Positions 28,649 to 37,853 of a stretch of 64,000 nt of DNA are shown one piece after another. Origin of the DNA: Candidatus Falkowbacteria bacterium (GTDB taxonomy: Bacteria; Patescibacteriota; Patescibacteriia; Patescibacteriales; UBA12465). Location: contig JAPLVZ010000004.1 in the NCBI GenBank assembly GCA_026396805.1, positions 13,601 to 77,600 on the forward strand, written 5' to 3'. How positions within the stretch are numbered: the first letter of the stretch is position 1; each line of letters begins with the position of its first letter. Under the pieces are notes generated by a model. The model worked only from the letters and a program-made list of their open reading frames with translations. It did no database searches and was not told where the DNA came from. The position numbers and the translations under genes are program-made.

Positions 28649-29911
28649 ATGCCAAAATTCATTATCACCGGCGGAAACAAGCTCAACGGCGAAATCATAG
28701 TCAGCGGAGCTAAAAACGCCGCCTTGAAGATTATTCCGGCGGCGATTCTCTCTCCAGAGACCATTACTATCAATAATATTCCGGATATCGAAGACATCGG
28801 GAAATCTTTTGATTTGCTGGCTGATTTAGGAGCGGAAATAACTCATAACGGCTCTCAAGCGACCATCAATACTAAAAATATCAGTAAGACCGAATTATCG
28901 TCTAAGCTGGCGGATAAATTCCGAACCTCGGTGATGTTTGTCGGACCGCTTCTGGCTCGTTTCGGCGAAGTTAAGTTCCCTCATCCCGGCGGTTGCGTCA
29001 TCGGCGCCGGCAGCCGACCGATAGATCTTTTTTTGGAAGGATTCAGGGTTTTCGGAGCGACCGTCGAGGAAGAAAGCGGAAAATATTATCGTGTCAGCGC
29101 TAAAAAATTAAAACCGGCGAATTATTTTTTCTCCTGTATCAGCGTTACGGCGACGGAAAGCCTGATGATGACCGCTTGTCTGATCCCGGGTAAAAGCGTC
29201 CTGGGAAACTGCGCCATGGAACCGGAAATTGAAGCGCTCGCCGATTATTTAAATAGTCAGGGCGCGAAAATCAGCGGCGCCGGAACGCCGACTATAATTA
29301 TCGAGGGGGTAGAAGCGCTTAAGGCCGGAGTTTTTGATATCATTCCCGACCGCATTGAAACCGGCTCTTTCGCGATTATGGCGGCGGCAACCGGCTCGGA
29401 AATAAAAATAATAAAATGCAATCCCGCTCATATCTTGAGCTTACTGACTATCTTTGATAAAATCGGAGTCAAATATGAAAAAGGCGACGACTGGCTGTTA
29501 ATGAAACCCTCTAAAAATATCTTAAGTTATGATATCAAGACTCATGAATACCCCGGCTTCCCGACCGACCTGCAGTCTCCTTATGCCGTCTTAATGACTC
29601 AAGCCCGAGGCAATTCGCTTATCCAGGAAACTATTTATGACCGCCGCCTCTTATGGACGGATATGCTGTCGCAGATGGGCGCCAGTATCATCATGTGCGA
29701 TCCGCATCGCGTTGTCATCGCCGGCCCGACCCGATTATTCGGCAAACGCTTAATCAGCCCGGATATCCGCGCCGGCATCGCGCTCGTCATCGCCGCGCTT
29801 ATCGCCGCCGGAACGACGGAAATAGACAATATCTATCAAATCGATCGCGGCTACGAAAAACTCGATGCCCGGCTTAGAAAATTAGGCGCCGATATTCAGC
29901 GCCTTGATTAA
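28649..29911 (+). CDS. murA: UDP-N-acetylglucosamine 1-carboxyvinyltransferase
   Basis: MPKFIITGGNKLNGEI..SGAKNAAL. The active-site Cys is present in HPGGCVIG. 420 aa. Confidence 0.9.
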   Translation: MPKFIITGGNKLNGEIIVSGAKNAALKIIPAAILSPETITINNIPDIEDIGKSFDLLADLGAEITHNGSQATINTKNISKTELSSKLADKFRTSVMFVGPLLARFGEVKFPHPGGCVIGAGSRPIDLFLEGFRVFGATVEEESGKYYRVSAKKLKPANYFFSCISVTATESLMMTACLIPGKSVLGNCAMEPEIEALADYLNSQGAKISGAGTPTIIIEGVEALKAGVFDIIPDRIETGSFAIMAAATGSEIKIIKCNPAHILSLLTIFDKIGVKYEKGDDWLLMKPSKNILSYDIKTHEYPGFPTDLQSPYAVLMTQARGNSLIQETIYDRRLLWTDMLSQMGASIIMCDPHRVVIAGPTRLFGKRLISPDIRAGIALVIAALIAAGTTEIDNIYQIDRGYEKLDARLRKLGADIQRLD

Positions 29912-29919
29912 CACTATTT

Positions 29920-31248
29920 ATGCCCAAAAAAACCCGCGACTATATCTTTTATTTTTTTATTTTCTTTTTTATTACTGGCACGGTTTTGATATCCCTCTAT
30001 GCTTCCGGCTATAAATTCAATTTAAGCTGGCCGCTTAAATTCAATCGCGTCCTTATCAAGACCGGCATGATTGCCGTCGATACCGTTCCGAGCGGCGCAA
30101 TCGTTTATCTCGATGATAAGCCGCAGGCTAATTTTTCTCTCAACCCGTTTAAAAAGGAATACCTGACGACGGCGGTCAAGGTCAAAAATGTCCTGCCGGG
30201 CGAATATGATCTGCGCTTGGAGCGCGCCGGTTATTGGCCTTTCCAAAAAAAAATAAGCGTTTACTCCGGACAGACGACTTTCGCGGAAGATATCAATCTT
30301 TTTCGCAGCAGCACGCCTTTATTGCTCGCCGCCGAGGGCGAGACGGAAACGCAACTAAGCGCCAATCGGAAATATCTTTACATCCCGCTGGCTAAAAAAA
30401 TAATAACTTTAAAAAATGGTGAAGCCAGAATAATCCCTACCGCCAGCTCGGAATCTTCCTGGCTGAAAAACGAAGATAAATTATTTTCGTCCGGAAATAT
30501 TTACGGAATAAACCCGGAGGGCGACCTTAATTATCAACGTTTAATCGGAGCGGAAGCGGATAATTGGTATTTGGACGAAGACCAAAATCGCCTCTATTAT
30601 CAGGGTAATAACTCAATCAGTTATCTTAAACTGGCCAATAAAACGAGCGTTTTGGCAGTTAGCGGCGAAACATATAGCACTTACGAACCGAGGAATGAAA
30701 ATCTTTTTTTCGTCGCCTCGGATTCGGGGAAAGTTTCCGCCAAAAAATATTCGCTGGACTCTCAAAAAATTGAAAGCGAGTTAAGCTTGCCGGCCATCGG
30801 CCAATATGAATTCCGTTACGACGGGGTTAAATCGTTGGTTCTTTATGACAGCCTTAATAAGACTCTTTATATCTTAAATCCCGACAATATCCAAAGCGGC
30901 CTGCAGACGATAAAGAACATTATCAGCTGGCAGTGGGTCGACGAGAATACTCTGCTTTACAATAACGGCTGGGAAATATATCGCTTCAATCTCAAGACCG
31001 GAGGCTCGGACTTATTGACGCGCGTCGGCGAAGAGATAACAAAAATAATTTGGAATGGTGACAGTGGTTATCTAATATTTTCAACCGCCAATAGTTTGAA
31101 CGCTCTGGATATAAAAATGAACGCCGCCACTAAGATTTTCCAAACCGACAAGATTTCCGGAATGACCATAGACGAAAAAAATAATATCCTTTACTTCTGG
31201 GCGCAAATCGGGTCGGAAGCGGGAGTGTATAAAATGATTTTGCAGTAA
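29920..31248 (+). CDS. membrane-anchored PEGA-domain protein
   Basis: N-terminal TM helix. PEGA-like segment VPSGAIVYLDDKP...LPGEYDLRLERAGYWPF..ISV. The remainder is beta-rich. Confidence 0.55.
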   Translation: MPKKTRDYIFYFFIFFFITGTVLISLYASGYKFNLSWPLKFNRVLIKTGMIAVDTVPSGAIVYLDDKPQANFSLNPFKKEYLTTAVKVKNVLPGEYDLRLERAGYWPFQKKISVYSGQTTFAEDINLFRSSTPLLLAAEGETETQLSANRKYLYIPLAKKIITLKNGEARIIPTASSESSWLKNEDKLFSSGNIYGINPEGDLNYQRLIGAEADNWYLDEDQNRLYYQGNNSISYLKLANKTSVLAVSGETYSTYEPRNENLFFVASDSGKVSAKKYSLDSQKIESELSLPAIGQYEFRYDGVKSLVLYDSLNKTLYILNPDNIQSGLQTIKNIISWQWVDENTLLYNNGWEIYRFNLKTGGSDLLTRVGEEITKIIWNGDSGYLIFSTANSLNALDIKMNAATKIFQTDKISGMTIDEKNNILYFWAQIGSEAGVYKMILQ

Positions 31249-31338
31249 TTGAAAGATGATTAAAGATTAAAAAAGGGACAGAAAAAATCTGCCCCTTTTT
31301 AATATCGTATTCGCTATTTATTATTCGCTCAACATCAA

Positions 31339-32211
31339 CTATTTTGCCAACCCATTAATCAACTTCTGCAAATCAGCGCTAATCTCCTTGTCTTTCAAGC
31401 CGAATTTCAAGGACGCTTTCAAAAAATTAAATTTATTGCCGGTGTCCAGCCATTCGCCCTCTATCTTTTTGCCGTAAAGCGGCTTTCCCTGACTAAGCAT
31501 TTCATCATAAGCGTCGGCCAAGCGTATTTCTCCGGACTTGCCCGATTTCATCGTCTTTAAAATTTTCATAACCGCCGGCGAAATAACATTCAAACCGACT
31601 TGGACTAAGTTAGAAGGAGCGGCTTCAATTGACGGCTTCTCCACAAATTTTTTAATTTCATAAACGCCGCCACCCAAATCCACGCCGTCAATAACGCCGA
31701 AAGTATTTAAGACTTTCTTTTCCACTTCCGATAAACCGATGACCGTATCGCCGTATTTTTCATAAACCGCTATAACTTGCTTGGCGGCGGCCGCGCAATC
31801 ATCATATAAAGTATCCCCAAACCAAACCAAGACCGCTTCATCTTCCTCAATTAGATGCGCCGCGCAATTGACAGCGTGCCCGTCACCCAAAGGAATCGGC
31901 TGACGAACGTAAGAAAATTTCGCCAAATTTTCAATTTTTCTAACTTTCTCCAATAAATCAAGCTTATTCTTCTCCACTAAGTTCTTTTCCAGCTCAAAAG
32001 AGTGATCAAAGTGATCTTCAATCGCCCGCTTGCCGCGGCCGGTGACAAAAATAATCTCTTCAATGCCGGCCGCCACCGCTCCCTCCACTAAATATTGGAT
32101 AGTCGGCTTGTCTAAAACCGGCAGCATCTCTTTGGGCTGGGCTTTAGTCGCCGGCAAGAAGCGCGTACCGAAACCCGCGACCGGGAATATTGCTTTTCTA
32201 ATTTTTTTCAT
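31339..32211 (-). CDS. galU: UTP--glucose-1-phosphate uridylyltransferase
   Basis: KAIFPVAGFGTRFLPATKAQPKEMLPV signature, 290 aa. Confidence 0.8.
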   Translation of the reverse strand: MKKIRKAIFPVAGFGTRFLPATKAQPKEMLPVLDKPTIQYLVEGAVAAGIEEIIFVTGRGKRAIEDHFDHSFELEKNLVEKNKLDLLEKVRKIENLAKFSYVRQPIPLGDGHAVNCAAHLIEEDEAVLVWFGDTLYDDCAAAAKQVIAVYEKYGDTVIGLSEVEKKVLNTFGVIDGVDLGGGVYEIKKFVEKPSIEAAPSNLVQVGLNVISPAVMKILKTMKSGKSGEIRLADAYDEMLSQGKPLYGKKIEGEWLDTGNKFNFLKASLKFGLKDKEISADLQKLINGLAK

Positions 32212-32229
32212 ATTATTATTGATTTTAAT

Positions 32230-33033
32230 CTAATTTTTAAATCCCCATTTAGCGAAATATTTCAGCCAAGAATTAATATGCCGCCAGGCCAGTTTGTCGA
32301 CGAATAAAGCTAAATACCAGGGGTACCTGGCGCTTTGGCGCTGATGGTCATGAATAACGACCGCTTCCGGATTATAAACGACTTTTAATCCGTTAGACCA
32401 GAATTGGCGCGCCAGATCCGTATCTTCAAAATACATGAAATAACGTTTGTCAAAGCGCGGTCGGAAAATCCGACCGTCCACCAAACGGATTTCTTTATAA
32501 AACATTAGGCACGAACCCATCAGCCAATCAACCGGAACGATGGAATTATGGTCAAAATCGTTCATGGTAAAACTATCGCGCGCCTCTTTAAAATATTTGC
32601 CCAAGGAAGTCCGGCGCAAAAAAGGCATGAAGAAACGCGGCCAGCGGGAGCAAGAATATTGCAAGGAGCCGTCGGGATATAGTAATTTCGGACCGATTAA
32701 GCCGGTCTCCGGATTGTTTTTTAAATAATTTAACAAGATAACCAGAGCTTTGTCTTTAATGACGGTATCGGGATTAAGGACAAGCACGAAGGGCGCGGAC
32801 GCCGCATTGATTCCCAGATTATTGCCGCCTCCCATGCCTAAATTTTTGGGGCTCGCAATTATTTTTATGTTCGGCCAGCGCGTTTGGATATCGCTTAAAT
32901 CATCGCCGGAAGCATTATCCACGACGATTATTTCATAGACTAAACCGCCCGGCTCCGCCTGAAAAATAGATTCCAAGCAATTAATGAGCTTAGCTTTGTT
33001 TTTATAATTAACGATGATTATTGATAAATCCAT
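32230..33033 (-). CDS. family 2 glycosyltransferase
   Basis: MDLSIIIVNYKN...VVDNASGD (DxD), GT-A fold. Confidence 0.75.
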   Translation of the reverse strand: MDLSIIIVNYKNKAKLINCLESIFQAEPGGLVYEIIVVDNASGDDLSDIQTRWPNIKIIASPKNLGMGGGNNLGINAASAPFVLVLNPDTVIKDKALVILLNYLKNNPETGLIGPKLLYPDGSLQYSCSRWPRFFMPFLRRTSLGKYFKEARDSFTMNDFDHNSIVPVDWLMGSCLMFYKEIRLVDGRIFRPRFDKRYFMYFEDTDLARQFWSNGLKVVYNPEAVVIHDHQRQSARYPWYLALFVDKLAWRHINSWLKYFAKWGFKN

Positions 33034-33057
33034 ATTAAATAATTTCTTTTCATCCGG

Positions 33058-34125
33058 TTAAATAATTTTTCTTACTAAGCTCCAATACCAGGCCATCAGT
33101 GGATTGCCGATATATTTTAAGAGCGGATTGGCGATTTCCTGGAATTCAATCCGCCCGGAAAAATTGCGGGCGATTTCGGAAAATTTAATGACGCTAATTT
33201 TTTTAATCTCTCGTCTGGCGTCACGGATTTTTACATAAGTGGAATAACGACTGAAATAAATCCAAATTTTCAGTTCTTCCTTGAACCAGCCGCCAAAAAT
33301 AGAATAAAAGAACATAACAATATCCATGGCCGCTCCGGCCAGACCGACAAGCAAAAACAGTCGCGCCGGATAAAATATTAGAAGAGTCAAATAACGGTTA
33401 CGCTCCATACAATAGAACATCCGGACACTTCGGGAAAATTCATATTTATGGAAAATGACGGACCGCGGCGCTAAGACTATCTTATACCCGGCCAGCCGGA
33501 CTTTCAAGCTTAATTCTAAATCATCATGATACATGTAAAATTCCTCCTGGTAGCCGCCGACTTTTTTAAAGACTTCGGCCCGAATAATAAAAGAACAACC
33601 GCTCGCATAACCTTTAATTTCCGGATAACCGATAATTTCTCTATCCGTTTCGCCGTAGCCGGAAGTAAAACCGAAACCTAAGAAATGGATAATATTGCCT
33701 AAGCTATTAATGCGCGGATTTTCCCGGGCCTCTTCGGAACGCGGAAATAATAAAATTTTGGATTGAGCTATCGCCGCTTCCGGGTTACTGTCCAGAGCTT
33801 TTACCAATTCCGACAACCAGCTCGGAGTCGTTTCCGTATCCATATTAACCGATACCAGATATTCACAGCCGTCGCTTATCGCCTGGTTCAAACCTAAATT
33901 ACTAGCCGCCGCGTAATTACCGTCCGGACGAGTTAAGATTCGCGCTTCCGGATAATTCATTTTTAAATATTCGAATGTTTCCGAAGTTGAGGCGTTATCA
34001 ACAATATAAATATTCATCATTTCGGCCGGATAATCCTGGGCGCGCAAAGAATCGCGACAGGCGTTTAAAAAGCGCGCCGCGTAGTCTTGATAATTTATTA
34101 GAATAATCCCGATTTTCTTGGGCAT
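33058..34125 (-). CDS. family 2 glycosyltransferase with C-terminal TM extension
   Basis: IGIILINYQD...IVDNASTSE, plus a hydrophobic C-terminal 90 aa. Confidence 0.7.
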   Translation of the reverse strand: MPKKIGIILINYQDYAARFLNACRDSLRAQDYPAEMMNIYIVDNASTSETFEYLKMNYPEARILTRPDGNYAAASNLGLNQAISDGCEYLVSVNMDTETTPSWLSELVKALDSNPEAAIAQSKILLFPRSEEARENPRINSLGNIIHFLGFGFTSGYGETDREIIGYPEIKGYASGCSFIIRAEVFKKVGGYQEEFYMYHDDLELSLKVRLAGYKIVLAPRSVIFHKYEFSRSVRMFYCMERNRYLTLLIFYPARLFLLVGLAGAAMDIVMFFYSIFGGWFKEELKIWIYFSRYSTYVKIRDARREIKKISVIKFSEIARNFSGRIEFQEIANPLLKYIGNPLMAWYWSLVRKII

Positions 34126-34126
34126 T

Positions 34127-34963
34127 TTATTTTACAAAAACTTTCACTACCCCCCAAGCCGCTTTTAATAAAAGATACTCCCATTTCTTTCCCCACTTCT
34201 TAAAATATTTTAACATCGAATCCCTAAAATATTCTTGAGCGACACCTCTTTTTACTTGGCTAAAACTGGCGCCGATATAATCCAGGCACTGCGCGGCCGG
34301 CGTATACCAGACTTCGCCGCCTAACTGATAAATCTGACGGCAAAAATCGACTTCTTCAAACCAAATAAAATAACGTTCGTCCAAAAGCGGCGCGTCCAGC
34401 CCGCTGATTTTTTTATATCGCTCACGATTAATAAGAAAAAAGGCGCCGCGGATAGAATCGACTTTAGCGGCCGCTTCATAATTGAATTTCGCGTTCAAAT
34501 ATCCGTTCACGATTCCGGGAAAAAGATGCGGTATTTTTAAAGTTACCATCAGTTGATCCCAAAATCTCGGCCAGCGGCGCACTTGCTTAACGATATTTCC
34601 TTTTTCATCAATCAACTTACAACCGCAGACCGTCGCCTGCGGATTAGAGTTTGCCCAAGCCAAAATATTTTTCAAAGTATCGGGGTACACGCGCATATCC
34701 GGATTAAGCAATAAAATAAATTTTCCGGAAGCTAATTTAAGCGCTTGATTATTCGCTTTAGCAAAACCTAAATTTTCCGGATTGGCAATAAGGCGAATAA
34801 GCGGAAATTCCGCCGTGATCATGGCCGCGCTCCCGTCTCCGGAATTATTATCCACGACCAGAACTTCAAACTTAAAATCTCCTTCGGATTTAAATAAGGA
34901 AATCAGGTTCTCTCTTAATTTATCTTTAACGTTCCAGGAAACGATAATGATTGATAAATCCAT
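34127..34963 (-). CDS. family 2 glycosyltransferase (paralog of 32230-33033)
   Basis: MDLSIIIVSWNVKDKL...VVDNNSGDGS. Confidence 0.75.
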   Translation of the reverse strand: MDLSIIIVSWNVKDKLRENLISLFKSEGDFKFEVLVVDNNSGDGSAAMITAEFPLIRLIANPENLGFAKANNQALKLASGKFILLLNPDMRVYPDTLKNILAWANSNPQATVCGCKLIDEKGNIVKQVRRWPRFWDQLMVTLKIPHLFPGIVNGYLNAKFNYEAAAKVDSIRGAFFLINRERYKKISGLDAPLLDERYFIWFEEVDFCRQIYQLGGEVWYTPAAQCLDYIGASFSQVKRGVAQEYFRDSMLKYFKKWGKKWEYLLLKAAWGVVKVFVK

Positions 34964-35002
34964 ATATTAGCAAATTTGAGCTATATAATTGATAAACTCG
35001 GG

Positions 35003-35269
35003 TTAACGGCTGATCTTGATAAGTTTCAATCTGGCACCGGCGCCGCTGATAATTTTTATATCTCCTTTAGCGACGCCAAACGCTTTCGCTAAATATTTAA
35101 TAAGTTCTAAATTGGCCTTACCCCTCTCCGGCACGGCCGCCACTGCGATTTTTAGGGTTCCGTCCTCCATTTCTTCCACAAACCCGGTTTTCCCGGCCCC
35201 GGCCAAAACTTTAATCCTTAAGTAAATTTCTTTATTATCAGCCAAATTTTTTATATATTTCTCTAACAT
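35003..35269 (-). CDS. DUF167/YggU-family protein
   Basis: 88 aa with GKANLELIKYLAKAFGVAKGDIKIISGAGARLKLIKI, typical of UPF0235. Confidence 0.6.
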   Translation of the reverse strand: MLEKYIKNLADNKEIYLRIKVLAGAGKTGFVEEMEDGTLKIAVAAVPERGKANLELIKYLAKAFGVAKGDIKIISGAGARLKLIKISR

Positions 35270-35438
35270 ATAAATAACATCTAGTCAAATAAAACCCGCC
35301 TAAATCATATCTATAGTTTAACCTCTTTTCTGGCTTTTTAAAAGCCCAAACGGAATAGAAAAACGCATCTGTCAAGATTTATTTTATTTAAATAATAGGT
35401 TAAGATATAAGTGCTTTTAAACTATTTAAATTAATTTT

Positions 35439-35948
35439 ATGGCCGGGGAAAATGAGGTTAAAAAAGAGGTTTACCGACGCCCTTCTTGGGATGAATATTT
35501 CATGAGAATCATGGAAGTTGTCAGCAGCCGCGGAACTTGCGATCGCGGAAGGACCGGTAGTGTTATCACTAAAAATAATCGGATTGTCTCAACCGGCTAT
35601 GTCGGTTCGCCAATCGGCTTGCCGCATTGCGACGAGGTCGGTCATGAAATGCATACGGTTATCAACGAAGACGGTACGCAAAGCCGGCATTGTATTCGCA
35701 CCACCCATCACGAACAAAACGCCATCTGCCAAGCGGCTCGCTACGGCATTGCCTTAGACGGAGCGACTTTATATTGTAAGATGACTCCTTGCTATACCTG
35801 CGCGAAAATGATTATCAACACCGGCATCAAGCGCGTCGTTTGCGCTCAAGATTATCATGCCGGGCAAAAAAGCAAAGAAATATTTAAAACAGCGGGAGTT
35901 GATTATCTCTTATTGGACGAAGCGGTCGTGAAATACGAAGACCAATAA
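35439..35948 (+). CDS. deoxycytidylate (dCMP) deaminase
   Basis: Zinc-binding motifs HHEQNAI and PCYTCAKMII, 169 aa. Confidence 0.75.
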   Translation: MAGENEVKKEVYRRPSWDEYFMRIMEVVSSRGTCDRGRTGSVITKNNRIVSTGYVGSPIGLPHCDEVGHEMHTVINEDGTQSRHCIRTTHHEQNAICQAARYGIALDGATLYCKMTPCYTCAKMIINTGIKRVVCAQDYHAGQKSKEIFKTAGVDYLLLDEAVVKYEDQ

Positions 35949-35978
35949 TTTTTGAATAAATAAATCCTAGCGATATCT

Positions 35979-37268
35979 ATGTCTAATATTTTTGTCTACG
36001 ACGAATTTAATCCGGAAGACGTGGCGATGATGCAAGCGCTTTATTCGAGGAGTCCTAAAAGCGTCACCGAACACGTTGAGAAAGTAAGACAGAGCGGTTC
36101 CGGAAAATTCATGGCTACCTTTTATGTCGGTTATGGCCATGCCAGTATCGCCGATTGCGGCAGTACCACTATTTTTATTGAAAATATCAGCATCTTGGGC
36201 GACAAAGCCATCCAAGACTGGCAGTTATACAGCGGCCAAGAAACCAGCACCCGTTACATTGACATGGGTAAGCAAGAAATTATCGATCCTCTGCATACTC
36301 CGGAATCAAAAGATATCCTCGATAGCTGGATGAACTTTTATATAAATAACCAAGCCAGAATCCAACAATATCTGACAGAAAAATATCCGCGCCAGGACGG
36401 CGAAGATGAAAATATGTATCTCAAAGCGATTAAGGCGCGCGGCTTTGATACGATGCGCGGCTTTTTGCCGGCGGGAGTCGCCACTCAACTAAGCTGGCAT
36501 ACTAATCTGCGCCAGGCTTGGGATCATTTAGCGCTACTGCGCCATCATCCGCTTCTTGAAGTTCGCCAAACCGCCGAAGCCATCCTCGCTAAATTAAAAG
36601 AAAAATACGCCCATAGTTTTTCTCATATTTTAGACGAGGCGCAGGAAAAATACCGAGCCGAAACCGTTGAGAAATATTCTTATTTTCCGCCGCTGGCGCC
36701 GGTTGAATTTTCAATGGAGACGACTGTCAAAAGCGAAGAATTAAAAAAATACCAGGAAATAATAGACAAGCGGCCGCTTAAAACCGGCTTGCCGAATTTC
36801 TTGGGCGATCTGGGAACTTTCACTTTTGATTTCTTGCTGGACTTCGGGTCTTTCCGCGATATCCAGCGCCATCGCAACGGTATTTGCCGGATGCCGCTTT
36901 TGACCGCCGACCTTGGCTTTAATTCTTGGTATCTGGAGCAATTACCGGAAGATTTACGCGCCGAAGCTTTAGATTTGATTGCCAAACAAAAAACAAAACT
37001 GGATAATCTAAAAACGACGCCGGAAATAAAGCAATATTATATCGCCATGGGATTTAATGTTTCTTGCCGCCTTACCTTCCCTTTGCCGGCCGCCGCTTAT
37101 GTCATTGAACTCCGTTCCAACAAAACCGTCCATCCCTCGCTGCGCGCCATCGCTCATAAGATGCACCGGGCGGTCACAACGGCTTTTCCTAATTTAAAAT
37201 TATATTCCGATTTAGCTCTTGACGACTGGGATGTCCGTCGCGGCCTAGCTGATATCATTAAAAAATAA
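35979..37268 (+). CDS. tandem-domain ThyX-like protein (putative flavin-dependent thymidylate synthase)
   Basis: Two ThyX-like halves. Half 1 keeps ...ETSTRY (compare ThyX NELSGRY) but lacks RHR. Half 2 keeps RDIQRHRNGICRMP and LRSN. It sits inside a dTMP-synthesis cluster. Confidence 0.5.
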   Translation: MSNIFVYDEFNPEDVAMMQALYSRSPKSVTEHVEKVRQSGSGKFMATFYVGYGHASIADCGSTTIFIENISILGDKAIQDWQLYSGQETSTRYIDMGKQEIIDPLHTPESKDILDSWMNFYINNQARIQQYLTEKYPRQDGEDENMYLKAIKARGFDTMRGFLPAGVATQLSWHTNLRQAWDHLALLRHHPLLEVRQTAEAILAKLKEKYAHSFSHILDEAQEKYRAETVEKYSYFPPLAPVEFSMETTVKSEELKKYQEIIDKRPLKTGLPNFLGDLGTFTFDFLLDFGSFRDIQRHRNGICRMPLLTADLGFNSWYLEQLPEDLRAEALDLIAKQKTKLDNLKTTPEIKQYYIAMGFNVSCRLTFPLPAAAYVIELRSNKTVHPSLRAIAHKMHRAVTTAFPNLKLYSDLALDDWDVRRGLADIIKK

Positions 37269-37270
37269 TT

Positions 37271-37831
37271 ATGTCTAAAATCATCCTCGGTTTTACCGGC
37301 CTCATCGTCAGCGGCAAAGACACCTGTAAAATTTACGTCATGAAAAAATACGGCGCCAGCGGCCATCGCTATTCCACGATGCTCCGCGATATTTTAAACC
37401 GCCTCTACCTGCCGATTACGCGAGAGAACATGCAGGCTATCTCTTTGGACTTAAGAAACCGTTTTGGCGATGAAACGCTCGCCCGAGTTATTTCCGAAGA
37501 CGTGAAAAACGATAATCACGAAATCATCGTCATTGAAGGCATCCGCCGTTTACCGGACATCGCTTCCTTAAAAAATCTTCCCGGCTTTTATCTGATCAGT
37601 CTGGAGGCCGATATTCACACTCGTTATGAACGTTTAACTAAACGCCATGAAAACGCCGACGACGCCACGAAAACTTTTGAAGAATTCGTCGTCGACAACG
37701 GCCGCGAAGCCGAGCTTAATATTCCCGACGTTATGGCCGCGGCCAAATATCATATCAGCAACAACGGCAGTTTTGAAGAATTATACGCGCAGATAGATAA
37801 GATTATCGCCGCGATTAAAAAATCCGCTTAA
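37271..37831 (+). CDS. deoxynucleoside-monophosphate kinase, phage T4 gp1-like P-loop kinase
   Basis: P-loop TGLIVSGKDT (T4 gp1 has SGVKRSGKDT). The C-terminal ISNNGSFEELYAQIDKII parallels T4 gp1 ITNDGSLEELFSKIKNTL. Confidence 0.5.
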   Translation: MSKIILGFTGLIVSGKDTCKIYVMKKYGASGHRYSTMLRDILNRLYLPITRENMQAISLDLRNRFGDETLARVISEDVKNDNHEIIVIEGIRRLPDIASLKNLPGFYLISLEADIHTRYERLTKRHENADDATKTFEEFVVDNGREAELNIPDVMAAAKYHISNNGSFEELYAQIDKIIAAIKKSA

Positions 37832-37853
37832 AAACGGCGAGACTTATAAAACT

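Noticed and set aside
29653-29877. Arg-rich 74-aa ORF
   Set aside because: It is the antisense frame of murA, with no independent signals.
35331-35345. GGCTTTTTAAAAGCC near-palindrome upstream of the DUF167 gene
   Set aside because: It is an imperfect palindrome, is wrongly placed to terminate any gene, and is probably just an AT-rich promoter region.
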